Assembly (NCBI RefSeq): GCF_006345805.1
Contig: NC_043009.1
Coordinates: forward strand, 2,480,001 to 2,544,000
Length of the DNA stretch: 64,000 bases
Source of the DNA: Octopus sinensis
Taxonomy: Eukaryota
Reading direction: 5' to 3'
The stretch's first letter is position 1, and each line of letters begins with the position of its first letter. Below are positions 25,600 to 40,018 of the stretch, piece by piece. The position numbers were made by a program, and so were the translations under genes. The notes under the pieces were generated by a model. The model was not told the DNA's origin, did no database searches, and saw nothing but the letters and a program-made list of their open reading frames with translations.

Positions 25600-28500
25600 G
25601 ATATTATCTCCACCTCTAACACAACACATGTAAACATGCGTGGAACAACACGATCATCCCCGACCTCAAACACCATGTACAAAGGAACTACGAAGAAATT
25701 AAATGCCACCGATACTATTCAACCCAAGAATAACAATCGAGCGGTATGTACATTAAACCTACAACAAAAAATGTACGAAAAACTACACGTGCGAAATAAT
25801 GTGACAACAGAAATAAACGGACCGGTACCCTACGAAAATGACGACCGTGAAAATAATGGGCCGGACGTTGTACCTCATGTCCCGCAATTAAAACCCAAAA
25901 GACGTAAATGGACACGTGAGGAATACATTTCTATCTTACACGCATACTTCACAGCAATGCTCTACCCACAAAATGAAAATACAACAACACATACATATAA
26001 AATATGGAAGGAAAATAATAGAGATATAGACTTGGATACAACAATGAACAAAAAGAGAACAAAAATGCTCCGCAAATATAACATCACAGAAAAAGATTTG
26101 CCGGAGATAAAAGAAAAGCTGAAGCAAGATATCCTTACCAAAGCTCAAAGGATCCGCCGGTACGAGAAACGCCAACGCTTCTTTGAACAGAACAAAAAGT
26201 TCAACTCCGACCCCAAAAAGTTCTACCAAGAACTGGGCAAAAATAAAATAGAAGTCACTGCAGCACAAACGGCAGAAGAATTGGAAGAATTCTGGAGAGA
26301 AATATGGTCGGCGAACGAACAGCCAAAAAAAAGGAGTATGAAAATAACAAACTCGGCATCTGAACAACTTTGGACCCCCATAACAACTGAAGAGGTCACC
26401 CAGGCACTGCAAAAACTAAGCAACTGGAAGGCACCTGGGCATGACAAGATCCCCACTTCTGGTTGAAATATCTAACAGGACTGCACAAAAAGCTGGCTGA
26501 AAACTTTAACAGCATACTAGCAGAGCCAGAGACAATGCCTGAATGGCTCACGAAGGGGAAAACCATCTTAATTCCCAAATCAAATGAACAACAAAACCAG
26601 AAAACTACAGACCAATAACCTGACTCCCTACTATGTTCAAGGCATTTACTGCAGTGATATCGCAAAGGCTGAACAAGCACCTGGACGAAAACAAATGTTC
26701 CCAGAAGAGCAGAAGGATGCCGCAAGGGCTCATATGGCTGTAAAGATCAACTAATGATTAATAAGCCGTAACTGAAGACACCACAGAAAGAAGAAAGGCC
26801 TCAGTATGGCCTGGATTGACTACAAAAAGGCGTTTGATAGCATCCCCCACACATGGATCCTCGAAACACTAGCCATTAACAAAGTAGCACCAACAATCAT
26901 AAAATTCATAGAGCACTCTATGAATAAATGGCAAACAGTCCTACACCTCCAAACAAAGAGGGACTCATGAAAACCAAAGACATCCCGATTAGAAGAGGAA
27001 TATTCCAGGGAGACACGCTCTCTCCACTCCTTTTCTGCTTGGCACTGTCACCTCTATCTGATATGCTAAATAGAACTGGATGCGGATATAAATGTTACGG
27101 CAAAACAGCCGCCACCTTTTATATATGGATGACCTAAAACTATACGCTTCAAATGACAAACAGCTGGAAACACTATTAAAGACAGTTCATGGATTTACCA
27201 AAGGAATAGATATGAAATTTGGATTAGAAAAATGCGCCAAAGTAACCATGAAAAGAGGAAAACTAGTTAAGTTAACAACATCACACTAGATAAACCCAAT
27301 GAAATAAAAGAATTAGACCAAAGCCAAACTTACAAATACTTAGGAATCCATGAACTAGATAAGACACAACACACACAAATGAAAGAGAAAATAAAAAAAG
27401 AATATTATAGACGAGTTAGATCAATACTAAAAACAGAGCTCAATGCTAAAAATAAGATAATAGGTATCAACACTTTAGCTGTCCCAGTTATAAGTTACAG
27501 CTACAATATCTTTAACTGGACACGAAATGAACTGTCCAAAATAGATAGGAAAACAAGAAAAATACTGACAGGATCTAGGATGCATCACCCAAAATCTGAC
27601 ATAGAAAGACTATATATACAACGTATAGAAGGTGGCAGAGGCCTTATACAACTGGAAAACTACTATAAAATAACCACCATAGGACTGCAAAAATACCTAC
27701 TTCAGAAGGAAGGAAAACTGATCCAGATAGCAGCAAAACACGAGCAAAACACGAGCAAAACAAAAAACTGTTCTCAGTATTTAAGGAAGCTGACAAATAC
27801 AAACAAGAAATCATACCACCTAATAAACACAAAAAAAAGAAGAAGATGATGAAGAAACAACAAAAGCTATAAAATAAATGAAATCCAAACTAAAAATAGA
27901 ACAGCAACGAGCCATGATAAAACGATGGCAAGAAAAGCCCCTTCATGGTAAATACTGGACTAAACTAAACGCAAAAGAAATAGACAAAGAAAAATCCCAG
28001 CAATGGTTGAGAAACTCAGGACTCAAAGCAGAAACAGAGGGATTTTTATTGCAGCACACAAGACCAAAGCCTCCCCACCAGAAATTACCAAAAACATGTA
28101 ATGAAAAGAAATATTACAAGTAACTGCAGAATATGTGGAGATGGACAAGAAACAATAAATCATATTATCTCTAGCTGCCCAGTCCTGGCTAAGAGGAATA
28201 TATTCACAGACATGACAGAGTTGGAACCTACATACATTGGAAGCTATGCCAACATTATGGAATAACAACAGAAAAAAGATGGTATAGGCACACACCAGAA
28301 AAGGTCACAGAAAACGAGAAAGCAACCATACTCTGGGATATGCCGATACACACAGATAGAGATATTAAGGCCAACAGACCAGATATAGTTGTCAGAGATC
28401 ATGAAGAAAAAAAATGCTTTCTAATTGATGTATCAATACCGGCAGATGACAACGTGACTCTAAAAGAAATGGAGAAACTCTCAAAATACAAAGACCTGGA

Positions 28501-28789
28501 AATAGAGGTAACTAGAATGTGGAACCTGAAAACAGAAACAATTCCTATCATAGTAGGTGCATTAGGCATGATAAAAAAATATTCAGATAAATACATAACA
28601 AAAACACCAGGACTTACAAACACATATAACATACAGAAAATTGCACTACTAGGCACTGCACACATCCTACGCAGAACACTTTCCATACATAACCATCAGA
28701 GCATCACAACAAATCACAGCACATACCCAAGGCACACAGAGCTGCGCTCGGTAGTGAAGTGAAAGCACGCTATAAAAATAAAACTACTG
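25600..28789 (+). mobile_element. R4/Dong-type non-LTR retrotransposon (RT + CCHC + restriction-like endonuclease), frameshifted, in (TAA)n; 5' end uncertain (may extend to 25411)
   Basis: KAPGHDKI, WIDYKKAFDSIPH, RGIFQGDTLSPLLF, LYMDDLKLYA, CRICGDGQETINHIISSC, RPDIVVRDHEEKKCFLIDVSIP...EKLSKYKDL; (TAA)n tail. Clade call rests on the single ORF with RLE and the TAA target known for Dong. Confidence 0.9.
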
Positions 28790-28870
28790 CATAATAATAA
28801 TAATAATAATAATATAAAATAATAATAATATAATAATATAATAATAATAATAAATAATAATAATAATAAT

Positions 28871-29205
28871 AACGTGTCTCTAAAAGAAATGGAGAAACTC
28901 TCAAAATACAAAGACCTGGAATAGAGGTAACTAGAATGTGGAATCTGAAAACAGAAACAATTCCTATCCTATCATAGTAGGTGCATTAGGCATGATAAAA
29001 AATTCAGACAATACATAACAAAAACACCAGGACTTACAAACACATATAACAAAGAGAAAATTGCACTACTAGGCACTGCACACATCCTACGCAGACACTT
29101 TCCATACAATAACCATCAGAGCATCACAACAAATCACAGCACATACCAAGGCACACAGAGCTGCGCTCGGTAGTGAAGTGAAAGCACGCTATAAAAATAA
29201 AACTA

Positions 29206-29208
<3 letters not shown>
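28871..29208 (+). mobile_element. Second, 5'-truncated 3'-end copy of the same LINE
   Basis: Repeats about 28450-28789 with both substitutions and indels; has its own (TAA)n tail. Confidence 0.95.
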
Positions 29209-29243
<35 letters not shown>

Positions 29244-30811
29244 TAATAATAATAATAATAATAATAAATAATAATAATAAGCAATAGAAGAAAAAGAAGA
29301 AGGTATTAATATTTGAATAGATTGCTGGTCTTAAATTAGTCATGAATATCGGGTAATATTTTTTTAAAGAACTTTTAAAGAAAGTGCTGATTTAGTTCGT
29401 AGAATACAATATGGACTTTACAAATGAAAATAATAAAAGATAATATACATATATAATTTTAGCAGTAGATATGAGACTACAGACTTTGCTCTACGCTAGC
29501 ATACTTACAAAATTAATTTCGTATCGTGTATTTTTACGAAAGACATATGTCATGATACAGAAAGTTATGTACGGAAATTTAAGTGAAAAGAGAGTATATA
29601 AGGCTTTTTGTAAGAGTTTAATAACGCAGAAATATTGTAATGAAAAGATATGTAACTTAATATAATTCTATATCAGCAAGATGGGAAGTATATGCATAAT
29701 TAAAATACAAAACAAATACCCTTTCAGCACTAAGCACAATAGGACGAGACACGTGGGATGGAAGAGTCGCTGAAGAGGTCAAAGGTGTGTGACAAAAGAT
29801 TTCCGGTCAATGGTCATGAGATAAAATTCCCCCTCAAGTGTTCATTAAATGTGGAAATCATTAGTAAAATGTGCTACCCTCAAAACACACCTTTGGAAAA
29901 CCCTCAAAGTCTCCGTAGAAGAATTAATAAGAAGAAAAATTAATGCTAAAAATCTCATTAAGGAAGAACGAATATGATATTCCTAGTTTATCTCACTAAA
30001 CATCAATATATTTGAGTCGAGACTGTTCAAATTGTGGTTATGGGAAACCTTAAAATATTTACTGTTTGCCCTTTGGTAACGCTATCCTTAAAAAATGGCT
30101 GGCCAGGTACCTATATCGCTCAGTATTTTTTTGGAGAAGAAAAGATCAGCAGATGAGGTATGTCTGCAAGGAATTTTTAATTTATTCACCAAAATACTAT
30201 CCAGCATTGTTTCTGGAATATTTATAATAGGCAAGTATTATGAAAAATATAAATCATGTAATTCATATAAAAATTGAGAAACGTGTACTCATGAACTGCT
30301 GGTGAATTGACCAACCCACATATTAACGAGATTGTAATTAATAATGCGAATATAGGCAAAAGCACGTCATCTGCCTGAATTGATTAAGCGAAAAACCTTT
30401 GAAGCTATCCCTTACGATTGAATTATTAAATAATAAAATGTCAATCAAGTTGACGTCGTATTGATGAGTATAATTAAACACCAAAGAAAATTGTAGTCTC
30501 AGTTATCAAGATCAATATGAATGTACGCATCAATCTATAGCAGATAAAAGCATCAGCGTAAATACAGCATTTGTACAAGAGAAGGTGATGTGATGTGGTG
30601 AAAACTGACGAAAGAAAATAAAATGCATGTATGTGTGTATATATGTGAGTGTATAAAGCCGTTTAGAAGGGAAATTCATTGTCAATATTTTCATGGTAAA
30701 TATTTAAAATATAAACTGGATCGAAAATCAAGAATTATATTGTATGTCGAAAACATTTTGCACATCCGTCACTTGTTTCCATATATATGCATATGTACAC
30801 ACACACACCAC

Positions 30812-30931
<120 letters not shown>

Positions 30932-31042
30932 CTATATATATATATATATATGTGTGTATATATATATATACAAGCCGCTATGATTGAACGCTAGCTCAAA
31001 AAGTTTCTTTTTTTATTCTCTCTCCGTTTGTTTCCTCTTGTT

Positions 31043-31071
31043 CCTTTCTGTTGAAGAGCGTCGGCTCGAAA
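31043..31071 (+). ncRNA. Truncated copy of the CUGUUGA hammerhead-like motif (family of 9889)
   Basis: cctttctgttgaagagcgtcggctcgaaa; the stem III and stem I 3' part is missing. Confidence 0.5.
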
Positions 31072-32081
31072 GAGTTTCGCACATTCCCGAGCGTTAAACA
31101 AATACACCTGTTTGTTGTTAATACACCTATCTTTGTCTTTTGTTTTTCTCTGATGACTTATTTATAGTGATCTAATGTTTGAGTTGACATAAGCTCACTT
31201 ACTCCGTCGGATGACGAAATGGTCGCAGACCAAGGAACAATGGGGCATTTTGCACAAGAACAAAACGCAGTGTCCAGTTTGGCAATCGGAATAACGATCT
31301 CGCAAATGTAAATGAAACAGTCTGACCACTAAGCCACGAGCCTTTACATCTACCTACCTACCTACCTACCTACTTATCTATCTATCTATCCATTTATCTA
31401 TTATATATAAAAATATACACTGATAGATAGATAGATATGTAGAAAGATAGATAGACAGATATACAGACAGAGAGATATAGAAATGCAACTGGGGTATGAA
31501 TGAACCCCACGGACTGGGGTGTGAATGAACCCCAGGTTCTCATTGAGAAGTGTCATTAGAAGGTGTCAGCAGAGGGATTATATGAAAGTTCCTTGCCGTA
31601 CAAAAATGTGCGTCAAAATATCAATTTGTATAGACATCAAAAGCGCTGACCCGGATGCTCATAACAGCAGCTGTATGGTGTTACATAAAAAAAATCAAGG
31701 TGCACCCATCGAGGGTACGGTTTCAATCGAAGTCCATTCAGAAATACCCAACCAACGCTACAGTAAATGATAAGGGTCGACAGAATAGAGACCAGTGAAT
31801 TATGGGTATATATCTATAACTCGCGCTGTGTTCCTCACTACGTATAAGTGTAAATGTTTTCATGGCATGCGTAAGTGTATGTGCCTGAGCGAGGGTTTGC
31901 GTATAATTTTGTATGTATGGGTGTATTGCTGTGTATGGATGTGTGTATAAGTGTCATAAATGCTATTCTCTTATTTCCTCATTCTTTCTCTCTCTCTCTC
32001 GCATTCTCTATCTGTCTATCTATTTGTCTATTTATCTGTCGATCTGTCTAACTTTATATATATATATATATATATATATTT

Positions 32082-32119
<38 letters not shown>

Positions 32120-32938
32120 GTGTGTCTTTGTATGTATTCATACATATATATATGTGTGTATGTTTGTGTGTGTATATACACACAATAACGCGCATATGTA
32201 TTTATGAGTATATACGCATTTCATGGCGCATGAATATTTATTTCCAGTCACGCTATGCGCTCACGTCATGCAAACACATCCTTTTGATGTTACGAATGCA
32301 ATGCTGGAAGGTAAAACAAACAGTTAAAACAGGAAGTTGAACTGGGAATTCATGGAACGAAGCATCTTGCTCCGACATGATATACAAAACACTTATAATA
32401 AGAAAGAAACGTATGAGATATCATCGCTCAATAATATATCAACACGCGCAAATGAAGTGAAGCGTTATGCATACATATATATACAATGGACTGAGAATAA
32501 TATATACAGTAACACCTGTATACATCATTTGTTTTCCAGTATATCTATCTCATTTAGTGAGTCTAGTCGAGTATTTGTTTCGCTATAAGATATTGTGTTT
32601 AGACTGGGACATATACGACGTGAGTGAAACAAATATGGCTAAAACTAAAACGAGAAAAATATATGAAGAATAAAAGTCAATTATATGGGGGGAGGGCAAT
32701 AAGGGTAAAGATGGACGAGATAGTGATAGGTAACCCTCCATATACAGACCTACAGACAGACAAACACACACAGAGACGCACACTCATACACTTACACAGG
32801 AACTAATGATACATAAATATCACATACACAAAGACATACTATATATATACATACATATATATATATATATATATACTTTGATAGGTTTCGGCCATTATTG
32901 GCCCAGGCCATGTCTAACTTAATAGCACCACCTGGATA

Positions 32939-32985
<47 letters not shown>

Positions 32986-33329
32986 TGTATATATATGTAT
33001 ATCGTATATATAGATATAATCATATATATATATATATATATAGATGGATATCTATATGCATATATAAATACATGCATATATATATTCATAAATACATATA
33101 TATACTTATGTATGTGTATATACAATATATGCATATACACATGCATTTATACATGCACGTGTTAATATTATTGTGTTGTGTGTACGCATGTGCGCATATG
33201 TAAACATATGTATATGAATACATTATATATATAGAAATATACATGTTTGATACATATATATATATATATACATATATAATGAGGTATATTTGTATGTGTG
33301 TATATATATATTATATATATATATATATA

Positions 33330-33376
<47 letters not shown>

Positions 33377-33646
33377 TATATATATATTATATATATTTAT
33401 ATATTTATACATATATATAAAATCAGCTATATTTGTATATATATGTACGTATATGACACATACACATAAGTAACATCATGACATAGATTGATGTGTTTAT
33501 ATGTGCGCATAAGGGCATGCGTCATATGTGTGTCTGCCTATGTATATGCTCTTTCGGAGAGAGAAAGAAACGGAGATATAGAGAGTGGTAGAAGATAGTA
33601 AAAGAAAGATAAAGATAGACGCGCACACATACACACACATATATTG

Positions 33647-33708
<62 letters not shown>

Positions 33709-34210
33709 AGAAAGAGAGATAAAAGAGAGCGAGAGAGAACTAACAATAGACTAATACGTATTCAGATGAAACGCAGTTTTCATGTTCATACTTGCTTAAT
33801 ATTGCGTGTTTCATGCTATGTATAGGTACGACTGTTATTACTATACAATAATGAAATTGAAGACTATAAGGAGTTAAAAATGAAAACAAATACATGAAAC
33901 CAATGAAGAAGATAATGGCGAAAGCAAAAAAGGAATAATGTATAAAAGATTGAGCGGGGTTTTCTGGAGGTCATACATCGTAATATAGAAGGTAAAACAT
34001 GATGTATGATGTATAGACAATGTATAGACAAGAGCTAGAATGTATATGCTTCTTATTTGTATTTGGGTTCGTTCATTTATCTATACAAACACACACATGC
34101 ATATACGCATATATATATATATATATATATATACATGCATATAAATTCGAACTTGTATGAATATACCTACATACATACATATATATCTGTATCTACATCT
34201 CTCTCCCTCC

Positions 34211-34276
<66 letters not shown>

Positions 34277-34752
34277 TTTAATGTTTTGATAAGTCTCGCT
34301 CGCCAGTATTGGCCCAGGCCCTGTCTAAATTAGTACAACCCAGCACGGATCAGACGTCTTCTTGTCTGTCTCCTGTCTAAGCTTGTTCCTACTGCGTTCG
34401 CCACCTCAACTAGTTACGGTTTAGCTGCCTTTTCTGTTTGTTTTTACTTTCCTGTTTTTGTTACGAAATTTGACCCTCCGCAAAATCCCAAATTTTAATC
34501 AATTTGATTTGCGGGAGCAACTGCTTTGTTGAAGGTGTATCTTGTGAATTGGACGAAATACCGAGTAGAAAAACAGCCGCCAGCTGATGAAGGATCGTTC
34601 TTTATGTTACTTATCTTAACTTTCATTTGTTTCTTTTGTTGTTCGCAAATTAAGTTTTCGTATTTCGTATTTCGTTTTTTCTTGTTGTTTACGTACTATG
34701 ACGTACAGTATCCATTTATGCATATGTATATACATGTATATACATATGCACA

Positions 34753-35095
34753 GGCGTAGCTGTGTGGTAAGTAGCTTCCTTGCATGGTCCCGGGTTCAGT
34801 CCCACTGCATGGCACCTTGGGCAAGTGTCTTCTACTGTAGCCTCGGGCCGACCAAAGCCTTGTAATTGAATTTGGTAGATGGAAACTGAAAGAAGCCCGT
34901 CGAATATATATGTGTCCGTGTGTGTTTATGTTTGTGTGTCTGTGTTTGTTCCCCCACTATCGCTTGACAGCCGATGTTGGTATGTTTACGTTCCCGTAAC
35001 TTAGGGGTTCGGCAAAAGAGACCGATAGAATAAGTACCAAGCTTACAAAGAATAAGACCTGGGGTCGATTTGCTCGACTTAATGAGGTGCTCCAG
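34753..35095 (+). mobile_element. tRNA-derived SINE family A
   Basis: Head and body match 43172-43616. Confidence 0.9.
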
Positions 35096-35305
35096 TAAAG
35101 GAGTAGGAGCCAACACAGGACGTGGTCCCTCCTGATGATGTCGTTAGCCACTGTATCCTATAAAGGTGCTGTTGAAGTAGCGGACCACAATATATAATTA
35201 CAAACATACATATATTTGTGTGAATGTGTGCGTATTCGTTTGTGTGTGTCTGTATATATATATATATATATATATAACAAAGTTGAGTTGTGGGGTATCG
35301 CACGA

Positions 35306-35358
35306 GTGGAATTATATACGTGGAATTATATACGTGGAATTATATATGTGGAATTATA
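35306..35358 (+). repeat. Short minisatellite, 14-bp unit GTGGAATTATATAC, about 3.7 copies
   Basis: Directly visible. Confidence 0.9.
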
Positions 35359-36097
35359 CCACACACACACAAACAATGCATGCACACACACACACAACAC
35401 ACACGTATATACATATATATAACACATATACACACATAAATACATACACACACACAATGCACACACAAACACACGCACACACACACAAACAACACACACC
35501 CAACCCACACAACACACACACACATACATAACATACGTATATATAATGCATGCGCGTGTATGCCGCGTATGTGTGTGGTCAATGCCTGCTGGTGCGCCCT
35601 ATGTGTGCCGATGCGTGCCGATGCGTGTATATGTCCGCTTGCATGATACGCTGCGAGTGTGCGCGTGTCTTTGTGTGTTTGCTCAGGATGTGTGCCTAGG
35701 GGTATGTTAGAGTATGTTTAGTTGTGGTCAGTATTTTTGAATAAGATTACTTTCCCTATTTATTCATGTTTGGTCTGTGGTGTTGTCCGAGCTTTTTAAT
35801 AATTCCTCCTGGAAATTACCCTGAGATGTATAATAATTTGTTTTAATCTTTTCTGCCCATTTTTTCAATGAGCTTGTTAAACCTCTTTATATTCTCAACA
35901 TACTGTTGTACTTTTTTATGTCCTTAACATGTCCCTGTTTCCAAAGACTGTATATATATATGTAATGTAGCAATTTGCAACAACCAATAATTAACGCAAC
36001 CAAACTTCCACATGTTACTTTTGATAATCTTTTTCCAAAGAGTGAAACCGGTAAAGTAAATAAACATCTTTTAAATTGCATTTTCAAACCTTCTTTC

Positions 36098-36139
<42 letters not shown>

Positions 36140-36324
36140 GTACATATATGTATATATGTATATATATATTTATATATGTAAGCAAAAATAACAACCCTAC
36201 ATGGCGTGCCATAATACACAGACACAGACACACACATATGTATGTGTGTGTATATATATATATATATATATACATACATTTATACATATATACGTATATA
36301 TGCATGTATGTATACTTACACGTA

Positions 36325-36460
36325 TTATTATTATTATTATTATTAGTAGTAGTAGTATAGTAGTAGTAGTAGTAGTGGCAGTGGTGGTGGTGGTGGTGGT
36401 GGTGGTGTGGTGGTGGTGGTGGTGGTGGTGGTGGTGGTGGTGGTGGTGGTTGTGGTGGTA
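36325..36460. repeat. Compound trinucleotide microsatellite (TTA)n-(TAG)n-(TGG)n
   Basis: Directly visible. Confidence 0.95.
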
Positions 36461-37395
36461 GTACAGCCGAAAGAATTATGTTGAGATAGAAATGTCAATC
36501 TTGTTTTAAGAAGCCAGTACACTGCAAAATATATCAGTTCGTCAGCATCCTTCATTCATTCGTGATAAAGGATTTTAAAACCCGAAATATTAAAATGTAA
36601 GTTAAATTTGTAAACTATTGTTTGGCTTTGTTATACATCTGTTTTCATTCCCCTATATGCAACTTCAATATTATAGACTTTCTAAACCAATTGTAAAACT
36701 TACGGTTATATACGTTCGTTTTAATAGGTGTGTTCATGTGAATCACATATGAAATTACACTTATGCGTTATCTTTCTTGGCTGATTATATGCACGTTTAA
36801 GAAGCCATAAATGCATCTTATATATTGTTGTGATGGCGTCTATATTTTTAATTGTGCGTACGTTCGAGCACGTATGTTAAATAGTATTACTTGAAGATGT
36901 GTGTACGTATACTTGTTATGTGGATTGTTTCAATGGATTGTTTTAGTGAAGTAATTTAATGTGTAGGTGTTGCGAGTAATTTATGCGGCGTTCCTGTCTC
37001 GTGAGTGTTGCGAATAGATGTACATACTGTTTTATCCTTGATGCTCAAATACCAACAGCGAAAAACGCCTAATTGCGAACAGAATATCACAGAAATGCTC
37101 CGAGATTGACCAATCCGAAAATTTGACCAATCTTATTTTCTACCCTGGGCACAAGGCCCGAAACTTTTGGGGTGCGGGCCCAGTCTATTAGATCGACCAC
37201 TGTACAAAATTGATATTTAATTTATCGACCCCGAAAGGATGAAAGGCAAAGTCGACCTCTGCGGAAATACAATGAAGCTGGCTACGCACTAGTTTTGCAA
37301 ATGAATATACTTGAGCTTAATCTAATTTCGTGTTGTGACCAAAGTCTGCTTTCCAGGCTTGCAACTGCCGTCCAAGGCTATTTAGTTCGTCATAG

Positions 37396-37591
37396 GATTT
37401 CTCCAAACGTGTGCCATCTGACATAACATTTCCCAGAAAAGTAAAAGCCCCATCACTTCTAATTATCTACCTCCTACTGATATATTTGGTTGGTTCAACA
37501 TTTCAAGGTGAAATCTGCAACATAAATTCTGTTTACTTCAAATTCATTGCGAGGCCAAATGCTTGGCCTGATGCGGTAAAAAACTGTAGTA
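37396..37591 (+). CDS. Candidate isolated exon: hydrophobic segment followed by a C-type-lectin-like start
   Basis: Open frame DFSKRVPSD...LLIIYLLLIYLVGSTFQGEICNINSVYFKFIARPNAWPDAVKNC between tcatag (weak acceptor) and TGTA|GTAAGC (donor). The YF...W.DA...C pattern resembles CTLD N-termini. No partner exons confirmed. Confidence 0.3.
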
Positions 37592-38127
37592 AGCTCCTGC
37601 AGTTCTTATGTGGGAGATACTAATTCACAATCATTAACGTATATTAGTTCCCTAACACAATATTACCAAAGTATATGTGGTTATTCTCCTGATATTGAAC
37701 AATCTTCACGTGGTTCCAAATCTGAGGTACATTCCCATAAAGTTACTTTTGAATGCTGTATGAATACAGAAAGAAGGCTTGTTTGCTCTTATTTCAACAG
37801 AAGCAGGTCCAGATAAATTACGATTAAAGTACGCTTTAGCTTTCATTTTGTCACACAAAGACTCATGTCAGAAAACCTGTTACGACAACCAGACTTCTTC
37901 ATTACATCTTATAGTATTGATCTTTGTTGTGTAAAGCCTTGGTTAGATCAGTAAAGCATTGATAAAAATCAGCACTCGTAATTTCCTCTTTCTGCTCTGA
38001 AACCATATTGCATATCTGGACGAATGTCATTCGCTTCTGTGGAAAACAATGTGTTCAGCAGAACGCTTACTCAAACTTAACCCACCACAGAGAGCAGGGA
38101 TATGCTGTGAAAATTTCGCACACGCAC

Positions 38128-38162
<35 letters not shown>

Positions 38163-38179
38163 CACACATATATATTTAC

Positions 38180-38213
<34 letters not shown>

Positions 38214-38463
38214 ATTTAATAAATAAAACATATGCATACATAGATACATATATGTACATACCTACATCTATATGTATATATACATGTATATATGAGTACA
38301 GGATACTACAAAAAAACGTAGAACACAGCGAGAAACGAAAACATAAAAACAAAACATGGGAACGGACTTTTTTAAACAACGAAAAAACAGAGTACAAGAC
38401 ATACAACACAAGGAAATATATATATATACAACAAGAGAAAGTTTGAGACGGTTATCGTTGAAA

Positions 38464-38689
38464 GGCGGCGAGCTGGTAGAAACGTTAGCACACCGGGCTT
38501 AGCGGCATTTCGTCTGCGTTACGTTGTGAGTACAAATTCCGCCGAGGTCGACTTTGCCTTTCATCCTTTCGGGGTCGATAAATTAAGTACCAGTTACGCA
38601 CTGGGGTCGATGTAATCGACTTAATACCTATGTCTGTCCTCTGTCTGTCCCCTCTGTGTTTAGCCCCTTGTGGGTAATAACGAAATAGG
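38464..38689 (+). mobile_element. tRNA-derived SINE family B, full length
   Basis: ggcggcgagctggtagaaacgttagc...caaattccgccgaggtcgactttgcctttcatcctttcggggtcgat...gtaataacgaaatagg. Confidence 0.9.
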
Positions 38690-39277
38690 TTATTGTTGAA
38701 AATTATAAAAGAATAGGTGGGGTTGACATGAATAGATAAAAGGGAAAAGGCTTTATTTCGCCGTATGTTGCTTTGTATAAATCTTATAAAGCGGTTCGTC
38801 TACAAACGAAGAAAAGATACGGAGAAAATAAGGAAAATCCAAAGACGAAAAGAGAGAAATTTGCGTAAGGATGGTAGATGTATAATAATTGCATTGAATA
38901 TATTTGTAAGCATCCACTATGGTAATAAAATATATGTTGCGTGTAATAGAGATAATGAATTGAATACCACACGGGGCTATATTCAATGCAACGACTACCC
39001 CATGCAACCATTGGGTTTGTATCATATAACTATATAATCAATTAACTATAGGGCGCTTTGTAATCGAATGTAAAAATAAAGTTTCCGCATACAGAATGAA
39101 ATCAGCTCAGAAGGAATAATATCCCGAGTTTCTTAGAATTACATGAATCCCAAATCTAGATATTTACATTTGGTATGCTCTAATATTTCGCTCTTTCCAT
39201 TGAAATCAGTATTGTTTTTATTTTTGCCTTTTGTTTGTTTAAAACCCATATTAATATATACATACATACATATAAAG

Positions 39278-39308
<31 letters not shown>

Positions 39309-39318
39309 ATATATTATA

Positions 39319-39356
<38 letters not shown>

Positions 39357-39610
39357 AAAAGAATGTGTGTTCTGTTGACTTCTGGAAGGTATGTGTAAAA
39401 TCGATTCACTAACAAGTGACACATTAACATGATAAATAAAGAGATTGTGACTTCTCAAGGTGTAAAGACTGGAAGTATATAAATTGGGCTGTTAACTATT
39501 GTGTAAAAGAGGGTGAATGGCAGAAAATAGCTGTGGTTTCGTACTATCAATGCAAGATAGTACGAAACTCGTGGCGGGCACAACTGGTAGTACAGCTGGT
39601 ATAAATATTC

Positions 39611-39812
39611 TTTTCTAGGCCCGAAAGTTTTGGACAGGAGGCCAGTCGATTAGATTTACTCCAGTACGTAGGTGGTACTTAATTTATCGACCCCGAAGGG
39701 ATGAAAGGAAAAGTGTCGACCTCGGCGGAATTTGAACTCAGAACGTAAAGACAGACGAAATACCATAAACCATTCCGCCCGGCGTGCTAACGTTTCTGCC
39801 AGTTCACCGCCT
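39611..39812 (-). mobile_element. tRNA-derived SINE family B
   Basis: Reverse-complement match to 38464-38689. Confidence 0.85.
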
Positions 39813-39935
39813 TACAGCTGGTATAAATATTATTACAAAGAACATTTTGGCGTTTATAATGATCGTGTTCTTGTAACAAGTTTAGAGATATACCCACAAT
39901 GTAAATACTCATCTGAAGTATAAACGAAGCTTTGC

Positions 39936-40018
<83 letters not shown>

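Noticed and set aside
32880-34620. ggtttcggcc...ggcccaggcc repeats (32884, about 34295) and CUGAUGAAGG at 34583
   Set aside because: Only half-motifs; the core and GAAA never co-occur with pairing stems.
35120-35188. gtggtcc/ggaccac stem enclosing CUGAUGA
   Set aside because: No GAAA or stem III; cannot form a hammerhead.
39536-39568. Perfect 13-bp hairpin gtttcgtactatc/gatagtacgaaac ending in GAAAC
   Set aside because: No CUGANGA, and the residue at the would-be cleavage site is G; treated as an ordinary hairpin.
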